Source of the DNA: the human T2T-CHM13v2.0 reference genome, Homo sapiens | Reading direction: 5' to 3' (one strand) | DNA length: 64,000 nt | Assembly: GCF_009914755.1 (NCBI RefSeq) | Contig: NC_060946.1 | In this document: positions 52,901 through 64,000 of the stretch, piece after piece | Numbering within the stretch: position 1 is the stretch's first letter | How the letters are laid out: each line of letters opens with the position of its first letter | Translations under genes and position numbers: made by a program | The notes under the pieces: model-generated | What the model was told of the DNA's origin: nothing | What the model saw: only the letters and a program-made list of their open reading frames with translations | The model's database searches: none

Positions 52901-55900
52901 AGGTTCTTCTCTGTTAGGTGAGTGCATACGTCATAAAGGAGTTTCTGAGAATGTTTCTGTCTAGTGGTTATGGGAAGATATTTGCTTTTTCACCGTAGGC
53001 CTCAGAGCGCTCCAAATATCCACTTGCACATACTACAAAAAGAGTGCCTCAGAGCTGCTCTCTGAAACGGAATGTTCAACTCTATGAGTTGAATGCAAAC
53101 ATCACAAAGACGTTTCTGAGAATGCTTCTGTCTAGATTTGATATGAAGATATTCCCGTTTCCAACGAAATCTTCAAATCTATCCAAATGTCCACTTGCAG
53201 ATTCAACAAAAAGTGTTTTTCAGAACTGCTCTATCAAAAGAAAGATCCACCTCTGTTAGCTGAGTTCACACATCACAAACAAGTTTATGAGAATGCTTCT
53301 GTCTAGTTTTTATTTGAAGATATTTCCTTTCTCACCATAGACCTGAAAGCTGTCCTAATGTTCACTTCCAGATACTACAGAAAGAGTGTTTCAAAACTGC
53401 TGTACGAAAGGGAATGTTCAACTCTGTGACTTGAATGCACACATCACAAAGAAGTTTCTGAGGATGCTGCTGTCTACTTTTTATACGTAATCCCGTTTCC
53501 AACGAAATCCTCCAAGCTATCCAAATATCCACTTGCAGATTCCACAGAAAGACTGTTTCAAAACTGCTCTGTCAATAGAAAGGTTCAACTCTGTTAGCTG
53601 CGTGCATATATCCCGAAGAAGATTCTGAGATTCCTTCTGTCTAGTTTTTATGGGAAGATATTTCCCTTTTCACCGTAGGCGTCAAGGCGCTCCAAATGTC
53701 CACTTCCAGATACTACAAAAAGAGTGTTTCAAACCTACTCTGTGAAAGGGAATATTCAACTCTGTGACTTGAATGCACATATCACAAAGAAGTTTCTGAG
53801 AATGCTTCTGTCGAGATTTTATATGAAGATATTCCCGTTTCCAACGAAATCCTGAAATCTATCCAAATATCCCCTCGCAGATTCTACAAAAAGAGTGTTT
53901 CAAAACTGTTCTGTAAAAAGAAAGGTTCAACTCTGTTAGTTGAGTACACACATCACAAACAAGTATCACAGAATGCTTCTTTCTAGCTTGTAGGGGAAGA
54001 TATTCCCTTTATCACCATGGGCCTCAAACCGTCCGAAACGTCCACTTCCATATACTTCAAAAAGAGCGTTTCAAACCTGCTCTATGAAAGGCAATGTTCA
54101 ACTCTGTGACTTGAATGCAGACATCACAGAGCTGTTTATGAGAATGCTTCTGTCTAGATTTTATAGGATGATATTCCCGTTTCCAACGAAATCTTCACAG
54201 CTATCCAAATATCCACTTGCAGATTCTACAAAAAGAGTGTATCCAAACTGCTCTGGCAAAAGGAAGGTTCTTCTCTGTTAAGTGAGTGCATACGTCATAA
54301 AGGAGTTTCTGAGAATGTTTCTGTCTAGTGGTTATGGGAAGATATTTGCTTTTTCACCGTAGGCCTCAGAGCGCTCCAAATATCCACTTGCACATACTAC
54401 AAAAAGAGTGCCTCAAAGCTGCTCTCTGAAATGGAATGTTCAACTCTATGAGTTGAATGCAAACATCACAAAGACGTTTCTGAGAATGCTTCTGTCTAGA
54501 TTTGATATGAAGATATTCCCGTTTCCAACGAAATCTTCAAATCTATCCAAATGTCCACTTCTATAATCAACAAAAAGTGTTTTTCAGAACTGCTCTATCA
54601 AAAGAAAGATCCACCTCTGTTAGCTGAGTTCACACATCCAAACAAGTTTATGAGAATGCTTCTGTCTAGTTTTTATTTGAAGATATTTCCTTTCTCACCA
54701 TAGACCTGAAAGCTGTCCTAATGTTCACTTCCAGATACTACAGAAAGAGTGTTTAAAAACTGCTGTACGAAAGGGAATGTTCAACTCTGTGACTTGAATG
54801 CACACATCACAAAGAAGTTTCTGAGGATGCTGCTGTCTACTTTTTATACGTAATCCCGTTTCCAACGAAATCCTCCAAGCTATCCAAATATCCACTTGCA
54901 GATTCCACAGAAAGACTGTTTCAAAACTGCTCTGTCAATAGAAAGGTTCAACTCTGTTAGCTGCGTGCATATATCCCAAAGAAGATTCTGAGATTGCTTC
55001 TGTCTAGTTTTTATGGGAAGATATTTCCCTTTTCACCGTAGGTGTCAAGGCGCTCCAAATGTCCACTTCCAGATACTACAAAAAGAGTGTTTCAAACCTA
55101 CTCTGTGAAAAGGAATATTCAACTCTGTGACTTTAATGCACATATCACAAAGAAGTTTCTGAGAATGCTTCTGTCGAGATTTTATATGAAGATATTCCCG
55201 TTTCCAACGAAATCCTGAAATCTATCCAAATATCCCCTCGCAGATTCTACAAAAAGAGTGTTTCAAAACTGCTCTGTAAAAAGAAAGGTTCAACTCTGTT
55301 AGTTGAGTACACACATCACAAACAAGTTTCACAGAATGCTTCTTTCTAGCTTGTAGGGGAAGATATTCCCTTTATCACCATGGGCCTCCAACCGTCCGAA
55401 ACGTCCACTTCCATATACTACAAAAAGAGCGTTTCAAACCTGCTCTATGAAAGGCAATGTTCAACTCTGTGACTTGAATGCAGACATCACAGAGCAGTTT
55501 CTGAGAATGCTTCTGTCTAGATTTTATAGGAAGATATTCCCGTTTCCAACGAAATCTTCACAGCTATCCAAATATCCACTTGCAGATTCTACAAAAAGAG
55601 TGTATCAAAACTGCTCTGTCAAAAGGAAGGTTCTTCTCTGTTAGGTGAGTGCATACGTCATAAAGGAGTTTCTGAGAATGTTTCTGTCTAGTGGTTATGG
55701 GAAGATATTTGCTTTTTCACCGTAGGCCTCAGAGCGCTCCAAATATCCACTTGCACATACTACAAAAAGAGTGCCTCAGAGCTGCTCTCTGAAACGGAAT
55801 GTTCAACTCTATGAGTTGAATGCAAACATCACAAAGACGTTTCTGAGAATGCTTCTGTCTAGATTTGATATGAAGATATTCCCGTTTCCAACGAAATCTT

Positions 55901-58900
55901 CAAATCTATCCAAATGTCCACTTGCAGATTCAACAAAAAGTGTTTTTCAGAACTGCTCTATCAAAAGAAAGATCCACCTCTGTTAGCTGAGTTCACACAT
56001 CACAAACAAGTTTATGAGAATGCTTCTGTCTAGTTTTTATTTGAAGATATTTCCTTTCTCACCATAGACCTGAAAGCTGTCCTAATGTTCACTTCCAGAT
56101 ACTACAGAAAGAGTGTTTCAAAACTGCTGTACGAAAGGGAATGTTCAACTCTGTGACTTGAATGCACACATCACAAAGAAGTTTCTGAGGATGCTGCTGT
56201 CTACTTTTTATACGTAATCCCGTTTCCAACGAAATCCTCCAAGCTATCCAAATATCCACTTGCAGATTCCACAGAAAGACTGTTTCAAAACTGCTCTGTC
56301 AATAGAAAGGTTCAACTCTGTTAGCTGCGTGCATATATCCCGAAGAAGATTCTGAGATTCCTTCTGTCTAGTTTTTATGGGAAGATATTTCCCTTTTCAC
56401 CGTAGGCGTCAAGGCGCTCCAAATGTCCACTTCCAGATACTACAAAAAGAGTGTTTCAAACCTACTCTGTGAAAGGGAATATTCAACTCTGTGACTTGAA
56501 TGCACATATCACAAAGAAGTTTCTGAGAATGCTTCTGTCGAGATTTTATATGAAGATATTCCCGTTTCCAACGAAATCCTGAAATCTATCCAAATATCCC
56601 CTCGCAGATTCTACAAAAAGAGTGTTTCAAAACTGTTCTGTAAAAAGAAAGGTTCAACTCTGTTAGTTGAGTACACACATCACAAACAAGTATCACAGAA
56701 TGCTTCTTTCTAGCTTGTAGGGGAAGATATTCCCTTTATCACCATGGGCCTCAAACCGTCCGAAACGTCCACTTCCATATACTTCAAAAAGAGCGTTTCA
56801 AACCTGCTCTATGAAAGGCAATGTTCAACTCTGTGACTTGAATGCAGACATCACAGAGCTGTTTATGAGAATGCTTCTGTCTAGATTTTATAGGATGATA
56901 TTCCCGTTTCCAACGAAATCTTCACAGCTATCCAAATATCCACTTGCAGATTCTACAAAAAGAGTGTATCCAAACTGCTCTGGCAAAAGGAAGGTTCTTC
57001 TCTGTTAAGTGAGTGCATACGTCATAAAGGAGTTTCTGAGAATGTTTCTGTCTAGTGGTTATGGGAAGATATTTGCTTTTTCACCGTAGGCCTCAGAGCG
57101 CTCCAAATATCCACTTGCACATACTACAAAAAGAGTGCCTCAAAGCTGCTCTCTGAAATGGAATGTTCAACTCTATGAGTTGAATGCAAACATCACAAAG
57201 ACGTTTCTGAGAATGCTTCTGTCTAGATTTGATATGAAGATATTCCCGTTTCCAACGAAATCTTCAAATCTATCCAAATGTCCACTTCTATAATCAACAA
57301 AAAGTGTTTTTCAGAACTGCTCTATCAAAAGAAAGATCCACCTCTGTTAGCTGAGTTCACACATCCAAACAAGTTTATGAGAATGCTTCTGTCTAGTTTT
57401 TATTTGAAGATATTTCCTTTCTCACCATAGACCTGAAAGCTGTCCTAATGTTCACTTCCAGATACTACAGAAAGAGTGTTTAAAAACTGCTGTACGAAAG
57501 GGAATGTTCAACTCTGTGACTTGAATGCACACATCACAAAGAAGTTTCTGAGGATGCTGCTGTCTACTTTTTATACGTAATCCCGTTTCCAACGAAATCC
57601 TCCAAGCTATCCAAATATCCACTTGCAGATTCCACAGAAAGACTGTTTCAAAACTGCTCTGTCAATAGAAAGGTTCAACTCTGTTAGCTGCGTGCATATA
57701 TCCCAAAGAAGATTCTGAGATTGCTTCTGTCTAGTTTTTATGGGAAGATATTTCCCTTTTCACCGTAGGTGTCAAGGCGCTCCAAATGTCCACTTCCAGA
57801 TACTACAAAAAGAGTGTTTCAAACCTACTCTGTGAAAAGGAATATTCAACTCTGTGACTTTAATGCACATATCACAAAGAAGTTTCTGAGAATGCTTCTG
57901 TCGAGATTTTATATGAAGATATTCCCGTTTCCAACGAAATCCTGAAATCTATCCAAATATCCCCTCGCAGATTCTACAAAAAGAGTGTTTCAAAACTGCT
58001 CTGTAAAAAGAAAGGTTCAACTCTGTTAGTTGAGTACACACATCACAAACAAGTTTCACAGAATGCTTCTTTCTAGCTTGTAGGGGAAGATATTCCCTTT
58101 ATCACCATGGGCCTCCAACCGTCCGAAACGTCCACTTCCATATACTACAAAAAGAGCGTTTCAAACCTGCTCTATGAAAGGCAATGTTCAACTCTGTGAC
58201 TTGAATGCAGACATCACAGAGCAGTTTCTGAGAATGCTTCTGTCTAGATTTTATAGGAAGATATTCCCGTTTCCAACGAAATCTTCACAGCTATCCAAAT
58301 ATCCACTTGCAGATTCTACAAAAAGAGTGTATCAAAACTGCTCTGTCAAAAGGAAGGTTCTTCTCTGTTAGGTGAGTGCATACGTCATAAAGGAGTTTCT
58401 GAGAATGTTTCTGTCTAGTGGTTATGGGAAGATATTTGCTTTTTCACCGTAGGCCTCAGAGCGCTCCAAATATCCACTTGCACATACTACAAAAAGAGTG
58501 CCTCAGAGCTGCTCTCTGAAACGGAATGTTCAACTCTATGAGTTGAATGCAAACATCACAAAGACGTTTCTGAGAATGCTTCTGTCTAGATTTGATATGA
58601 AGATATTCCCGTTTCCAACGAAATCTTCAAATCTATCCAAATGTCCACTTGCAGATTCAACAAAAAGTGTTTTTCAGAACTGCTCTATCAAAAGAAAGAT
58701 CCACCTCTGTTAGCTGAGTTCACACATCACAAACAAGTTTATGAGAATGCTTCTGTCTAGTTTTTATTTGAAGATATTTCCTTTCTCACCATAGACCTGA
58801 AAGCTGTCCTAATGTTCACTTCCAGATACTACAGAAAGAGTGTTTCAAAACTGCTGTACGAAAGGGAATGTTCAACTCTGTGACTTGAATGCACACATCA

Positions 58901-61900
58901 CAAAGAAGTTTCTGAGGATGCTGCTGTCTACTTTTTATACGTAATCCCGTTTCCAACGAAATCCTCCAAGCTATCCAAATATCCACTTGCAGATTCCACA
59001 GAAAGACTGTTTCAAAACTGCTCTGTCAATAGAAAGGTTCAACTCTGTTAGCTGCGTGCATATATCCCGAAGAAGATTCTGAGATTCCTTCTGTCTAGTT
59101 TTTATGGGAAGATATTTCCCTTTTCACCGTAGGCGTCAAGGCGCTCCAAATGTCCACTTCCAGATACTACAAAAAGAGTGTTTCAAACCTACTCTGTGAA
59201 AGGGAATATTCAACTCTGTGACTTGAATGCACATATCACAAAGAAGTTTCTGAGAATGCTTCTGTCGAGATTTTATATGAAGATATTCCCGTTTCCAACG
59301 AAATCCTGAAATCTATCCAAATATCCCCTCGCAGATTCTACAAAAAGAGTGTTTCAAAACTGTTCTGTAAAAAGAAAGGTTCAACTCTGTTAGTTGAGTA
59401 CACACATCACAAACAAGTATCACAGAATGCTTCTTTCTAGCTTGTAGGGGAAGATATTCCCTTTATCACCATGGGCCTCAAACCGTCCGAAACGTCCACT
59501 TCCATATACTTCAAAAAGAGCGTTTCAAACCTGCTCTATGAAAGGCAATGTTCAACTCTGTGACTTGAATGCAGACATCACAGAGCTGTTTATGAGAATG
59601 CTTCTGTCTAGATTTTATAGGATGATATTCCCGTTTCCAACGAAATCTTCACAGCTATCCAAATATCCACTTGCAGATTCTACAAAAAGAGTGTATCCAA
59701 ACTGCTCTGGCAAAAGGAAGGTTCTTCTCTGTTAAGTGAGTGCATACGTCATAAAGGAGTTTCTGAGAATGTTTCTGTCTAGTGGTTATGGGAAGATATT
59801 TGCTTTTTCACCGTAGGCCTCAGAGCGCTCCAAATATCCACTTGCACATACTACAAAAAGAGTGCCTCAAAGCTGCTCTCTGAAATGGAATGTTCAACTC
59901 TATGAGTTGAATACAAACATCACAAAGACGTTTCTGAGAATGCTTCTGTCTAGATTTGATATGAAGATATTCCCGTTTCCAACGAAATCTTCAAATCTAT
60001 CCAAATGTCCACTTCTATAATCAACAAAAAGTGTTTTTCAGAACTGCTCTATCAAAAGAAAGATCCACCTCTGTTAGCTGAGTTCACACATCCAAACAAG
60101 TTTATGAGAATGCTTCTGTCTAGTTTTTATTTGAAGATATTTCCTTTCTCACCATAGACCTGAAAGCTGTCCTAATGTTCACTTCCAGATACTACAGAAA
60201 GAGTGTTTAAAAACTGCTGTACGAAAGGGAATGTTCAACTCTGTGACTTGAATGCACACATCACAAAGAAGTTTCTGAGGATGCTGCTGTCTACTTTTTA
60301 TACGTAATCCCGTTTCCAACGAAATCCTCCAAGCTATCCAAATATCCACTTGCAGATTCCACAGAAAGACTGTTTCAAAACTGCTCTGTCAATAGAAAGG
60401 TTCAACTCTGTTAGCTGCGTGCATATATCCCAAAGAAGATTCTGAGATTGCTTCTGTCTAGTTTTTATGGGAAGATATTTCCCTTTTCACCGTAGGTGTC
60501 AAGGCGCTCCAAATGTCCACTTCCAGATACTACAAAAAGAGTGTTTCAAACCTACTCTGTGAAAAGGAATATTCAACTCTGTGACTTTAATGCACATATC
60601 ACAAAGAAGTTTCTGAGAATGCTTCTGTCGAGATTTTATATGAAGATATTCCCGTTTCCAACGAAATCCTGAAATCTATCCAAATATCCCCTCGCAGATT
60701 CTACAAAAAGAGTGTTTCAAAACTGCTCTGTAAAAAGAAAGGTTCAACTCTGTTAGTTGAGTACACACATCACAAACAAGTTTCACAGAATGCTTCTTTC
60801 TAGCTTGTAGGGGAAGATATTCCCTTTATCACCATGGGCCTCCAACCGTCCGAAACGTCCACTTCCATATACTACAAAAAGAGCGTTTCAAACCTGCTCT
60901 ATGAAAGGCAATGTTCAACTCTGTGACTTGAATGCAGACATCACAGAGCAGTTTCTGAGAATGCTTCTGTCTAGATTTTATAGGAAGATATTCCCGTTTC
61001 CAACGAAATCTTCACAGCTATCCAAATATCCACTTGCAGATTCTACAAAAAGAGTGTATCAAAACTGCTCTGTCAAAAGGAAGGTTCTTCTCTGTTAGGT
61101 GAGTGCATACGTCATAAAGGAGTTTCTGAGAATGTTTCTGTCTAGTGGTTATGGGAAGATATTTGCTTTTTCACCGTAGGCCTCAGAGCGCTCCAAATAT
61201 CCACTTGCACATACTACAAAAAGAGTGCCTCAGAGCTGCTCTCTGAAACGGAATGTTCAACTCTATGAGTTGAATGCAAACATCACAAAGACGTTTCTGA
61301 GAATGCTTCTGTCTAGATTTGATATGAAGATATTCCCGTTTCCAACGAAATCTTCAAATCTATCCAAATGTCCACTTGCAGATTCAACAAAAAGTGTTTT
61401 TCAGAACTGCTCTATCAAAAGAAAGATCCACCTCTGTTAGCTGAGTTCACACATCACAAACAAGTTTATGAGAATGCTTCTGTCTAGTTTTTATTTGAAG
61501 ATATTTCCTTTCTCACCATAGACCTGAAAGCTGTCCTAATGTTCACTTCCAGATACTACAGAAAGAGTGTTTCAAAACTGCTGTACGAAAGGGAATGTTC
61601 AACTCTGTGACTTGAATGCACACATCACAAAGAAGTTTCTGAGGATGCTGCTGTCTACTTTTTATACGTAATCCCGTTTCCAACGAAATCCTCCAAGCTA
61701 TCCAAATATCCACTTGCAGATTCCACAGAAAGACTGTTTCAAAACTGCTCTGTCAATAGAAAGGTTCAACTCTGTTAGCTGCGTGCATATATCCCGAAGA
61801 AGATTCTGAGATTCCTTCTGTCTAGTTTTTATGGGAAGATATTTCCCTTTTCACCGTAGGCGTCAAGGCGCTCCAAATGTCCACTTCCAGATACTACAAA

Positions 61901-64000
61901 AAGAGTGTTTCAAACCTACTCTGTGAAAGGGAATATTCAACTCTGTGACTTGAATGCACATATCACAAAGAAGTTTCTGAGAATGCTTCTGTCGAGATTT
62001 TATATGAAGATATTCCCGTTTCCAACGAAATCCTGAAATCTATCCAAATATCCCCTCGCAGATTCTACAAAAAGAGTGTTTCAAAACTGTTCTGTAAAAA
62101 GAAAGGTTCAACTCTGTTAGTTGAGTACACACATCACAAACAAGTATCACAGAATGCTTCTTTCTAGCTTGTAGGGGAAGATATTCCCTTTATCACCATG
62201 GGCCTCAAACCGTCCGAAACGTCCACTTCCATATACTTCAAAAAGAGCGTTTCAAACCTGCTCTATGAAAGGCAATGTTCAACTCTGTGACTTGAATGCA
62301 GACATCACAGAGCTGTTTATGAGAATGCTTCTGTCTAGATTTTATAGGATGATATTCCCGTTTCCAACGAAATCTTCACAGCTATCCAAATATCCACTTG
62401 CAGATTCTACAAAAAGAGTGTATCCAAACTGCTCTGGCAAAAGGAAGGTTCTTCTCTGTTAGGTGAGTGCATACGTCATAAAGGAGTTTCTGAGAATGTT
62501 TCTGTCTAGTGGTTATGGGAAGATATTTGCTTTTTCACCGTAGGCCTCAGAGCGCTCCAAATATCCACTTGCACATACTACAAAAAGAGTGCCTCAAAGC
62601 TGCTCTCTGAAATGGAATGTTCAACTCTATGAGTTGAATGCAAACATCACAAAGACGTTTCTGAGAATGCTTCTGTCTAGATTTGATATGAAGATATTCC
62701 CGTTTCCAACGAAATCTTCAAATCTATCCAAATGTCCACTTCTATAATCAACAAAAAGTGTTTTTCAGAACTGCTCTATCAAAAGAAAGATCCACCTCTG
62801 TTAGCTGAGTTCACACATCCAAACAAGTTTATGAGAATGCTTCTGTCTAGTTTTTATTTGAAGATATTTCCTTTCTCACCATAGACCTGAAAGCTGTCCT
62901 AATGTTCACTTCCAGATACTACAGAAAGAGTGTTTAAAAACTGCTGTACGAAAGGGAATGTTCAACTCTGTGACTTGAATGCACACATCACAAAGAAGTT
63001 TCTGAGGATGCTGCTGTCTACTTTTTATACGTAATCCCGTTTCCAACGAAATCCTCCAAGCTATCCAAATATCCACTTGCAGATTCCACAGAAAGACTGT
63101 TTCAAAACTGCTCTGTCAATAGAAAGGTTCAACTCTGTTAGCTGCGTGCATATATCCCAAAGAAGATTCTGAGATTGCTTCTGTCTAGTTTTTATGGGAA
63201 GATATTTCCCTTTTCACCGTAGGTGTCAAGGCGCTCCAAATGTCCACTTCCAGATACTACAAAAAGAGTGTTTCAAACCTACTCTGTGAAAAGGAATATT
63301 CAACTCTGTGACTTTAATGCACATATCACAAAGAAGTTTCTGAGAATGCTTCTGTCGAGATTTTATATGAAGATATTCCCGTTTCCAACGAAATCCTGAA
63401 ATCTATCCAAATATCCCCTCGCAGATTCTACAAAAAGAGTGTTTCAAAACTGCTCTGTAAAAAGAAAGGTTCAACTCTGTTAGTTGAGTACACACATCAC
63501 AAACAAGTTTCACAGAATGCTTCTTTCTAGCTTGTAGGGGAAGATATTCCCTTTATCACCATGGGCCTCCAACCGTCCGAAACGTCCACTTCCATATACT
63601 ACAAAAAGAGCGTTTCAAACCTGCTCTAGGAAAGGCAATGTTCAACTCTGTGACTTGAATGCAGACATCACAGAGCAGTTTCTGAGAATGCTTCTGTCTA
63701 GATTTTATAGGAAGATATTCCCGTTTCCAACGAAATCTTCACAGCTATCCAAATATCCACTTGCAGATTCTACAAAAAGAGTGTATCAAAACTGCTCTGT
63801 CAAAAGGAAGGTTCTTCTCTGTTAGGTGAGTGCATACGTCATAAAGGAGTTTCTGAGAATGTTTCTGTCTAGTGGTTATGGGAAGATATTTGCTTTTTCA
63901 CCGTAGGCCTCAGAGCGCTCCAAATATCCACTTGCACATACTACAAAAAGAGTGCCTCAGAGCTGCTCTCTGAAACGGAATGTTCAACTCTATGAGTTGA
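49995..64000. repeat. 2727-bp HOR-dimer array, block 2, ~5 copies, running to the window end
   Basis: ORF starts 50317, 53044, 55771, 58498, 61225 and 51357, 54084, 56811, 59538, 62265 are spaced 2727 bp, with the same diagnostic alleles as block 1. Confidence 0.92.

Larger units (their letters stand above)
1..64000 (-). repeat. Centromeric alpha-satellite higher-order repeat array: 8-mer HOR of 1364/1363 bp, ~47 copies
   Basis: The ~171-bp monomer motifs (ttcaactctgtgacttgaatgc, gtttctgagaatgcttctgtctag) recur throughout. Identical sequence recurs every 1364 or 1363 bp, with units starting at 1, 1365, 2729, 4093, 5457, 6821, 8184 ... 60001, 61364, 62728. ORF-track spacings confirm the period. 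The CENP-B box reads canonically on the minus strand. Confidence 0.99.
1..64000 (-). repeat. Family assignment: SF2 dimeric live HOR, probably the chr14/chr22 8-mer (D14Z9/D22Z1, S2C14/22H1L)
   Basis: There is strict alternation of CENP-B-box and pJalpha-type monomers, XbaI (tctaga) sites in B-type monomers, and an 8-monomer 1.36-kb unit. The chromosome identity comes from recall of known HOR lengths and families. Chr14 and chr22 cannot be told apart here, and other 8-mer-based arrays are not excluded. Confidence 0.65.

Noticed and set aside
1226-62462. About 59 near-identical 65-71 aa ORFs (MPQSCSLK..., MKGNVQLC...)
   Set aside because: They are translations of alpha-satellite monomers. They appear or vanish with single repeat SNVs (taTg/taGg start, ctataa stop), several use GTG starts, and there is no gene context. 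They are useful only as haplotype markers.
309-63735. Regularly spaced 17-bp conserved motif resembling a CRISPR-like repeat-spacer array
   Set aside because: The motif is the CENP-B box. The intervening sequences are homologous satellite monomers rather than unique spacers, and there are no cas genes.
1-64000. Possible transposon insertion (L1/Alu), inversion or non-satellite island
   Set aside because: Unit starts stay in a 1364/1363-bp register across the entire window, leaving no room for an insertion. All CENP-B boxes seen have the same orientation.
1-64000. HOR structural variants with monomers gained or lost
   Set aside because: All ORF-track spacings are multiples of 1364 minus the count of 1-bp deletions, so no monomer-scale indel is present.
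1-64000. GRCh38-style simulated centromere model sequence
   Set aside because: Exact long-range linkage of rare variants at 9546 and 2727 bp would not be expected from a short-memory monomer model. It fits a long-read assembly better, although local assembly error cannot be excluded.

Overview
The whole 64 kb is uninterrupted primate (most likely human) centromeric alpha-satellite. It consists of about 375 ~171-bp monomers arranged as about 47 head-to-tail copies of an 8-monomer higher-order repeat (HOR) of 1364 bp, or 1363 bp when a recurrent 1-bp deletion is present. CENP-B boxes lie on the minus strand in every second monomer and alternate with pJalpha-like boxes. The dimeric A/B organisation, XbaI sites and 8-mer length fit a suprachromosomal family 2 (SF2) live array, most plausibly the chr14/chr22 HOR (D14Z9/D22Z1); this assignment is recalled, not aligned. 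I found no genes, transposons, inversions or monomer-number HOR variants, and all listed ORFs are artefacts of the repeat. I see no new protein or RNA system. The informative signal is a variant-level superstructure above the HOR. It includes a 9546-bp (7-HOR) tandem duplication at ~1.5-20.5 kb and a near-perfect 2727-bp HOR dimer (an emerging 16-mer) from ~31.4 kb to the end, broken once by an extra HOR. It also includes short gene-conversion-like tracts, a divergent HOR patch, and CENP-B box knockouts confined to the first 14.3 kb. Variant calls were made by eye and may be incomplete.
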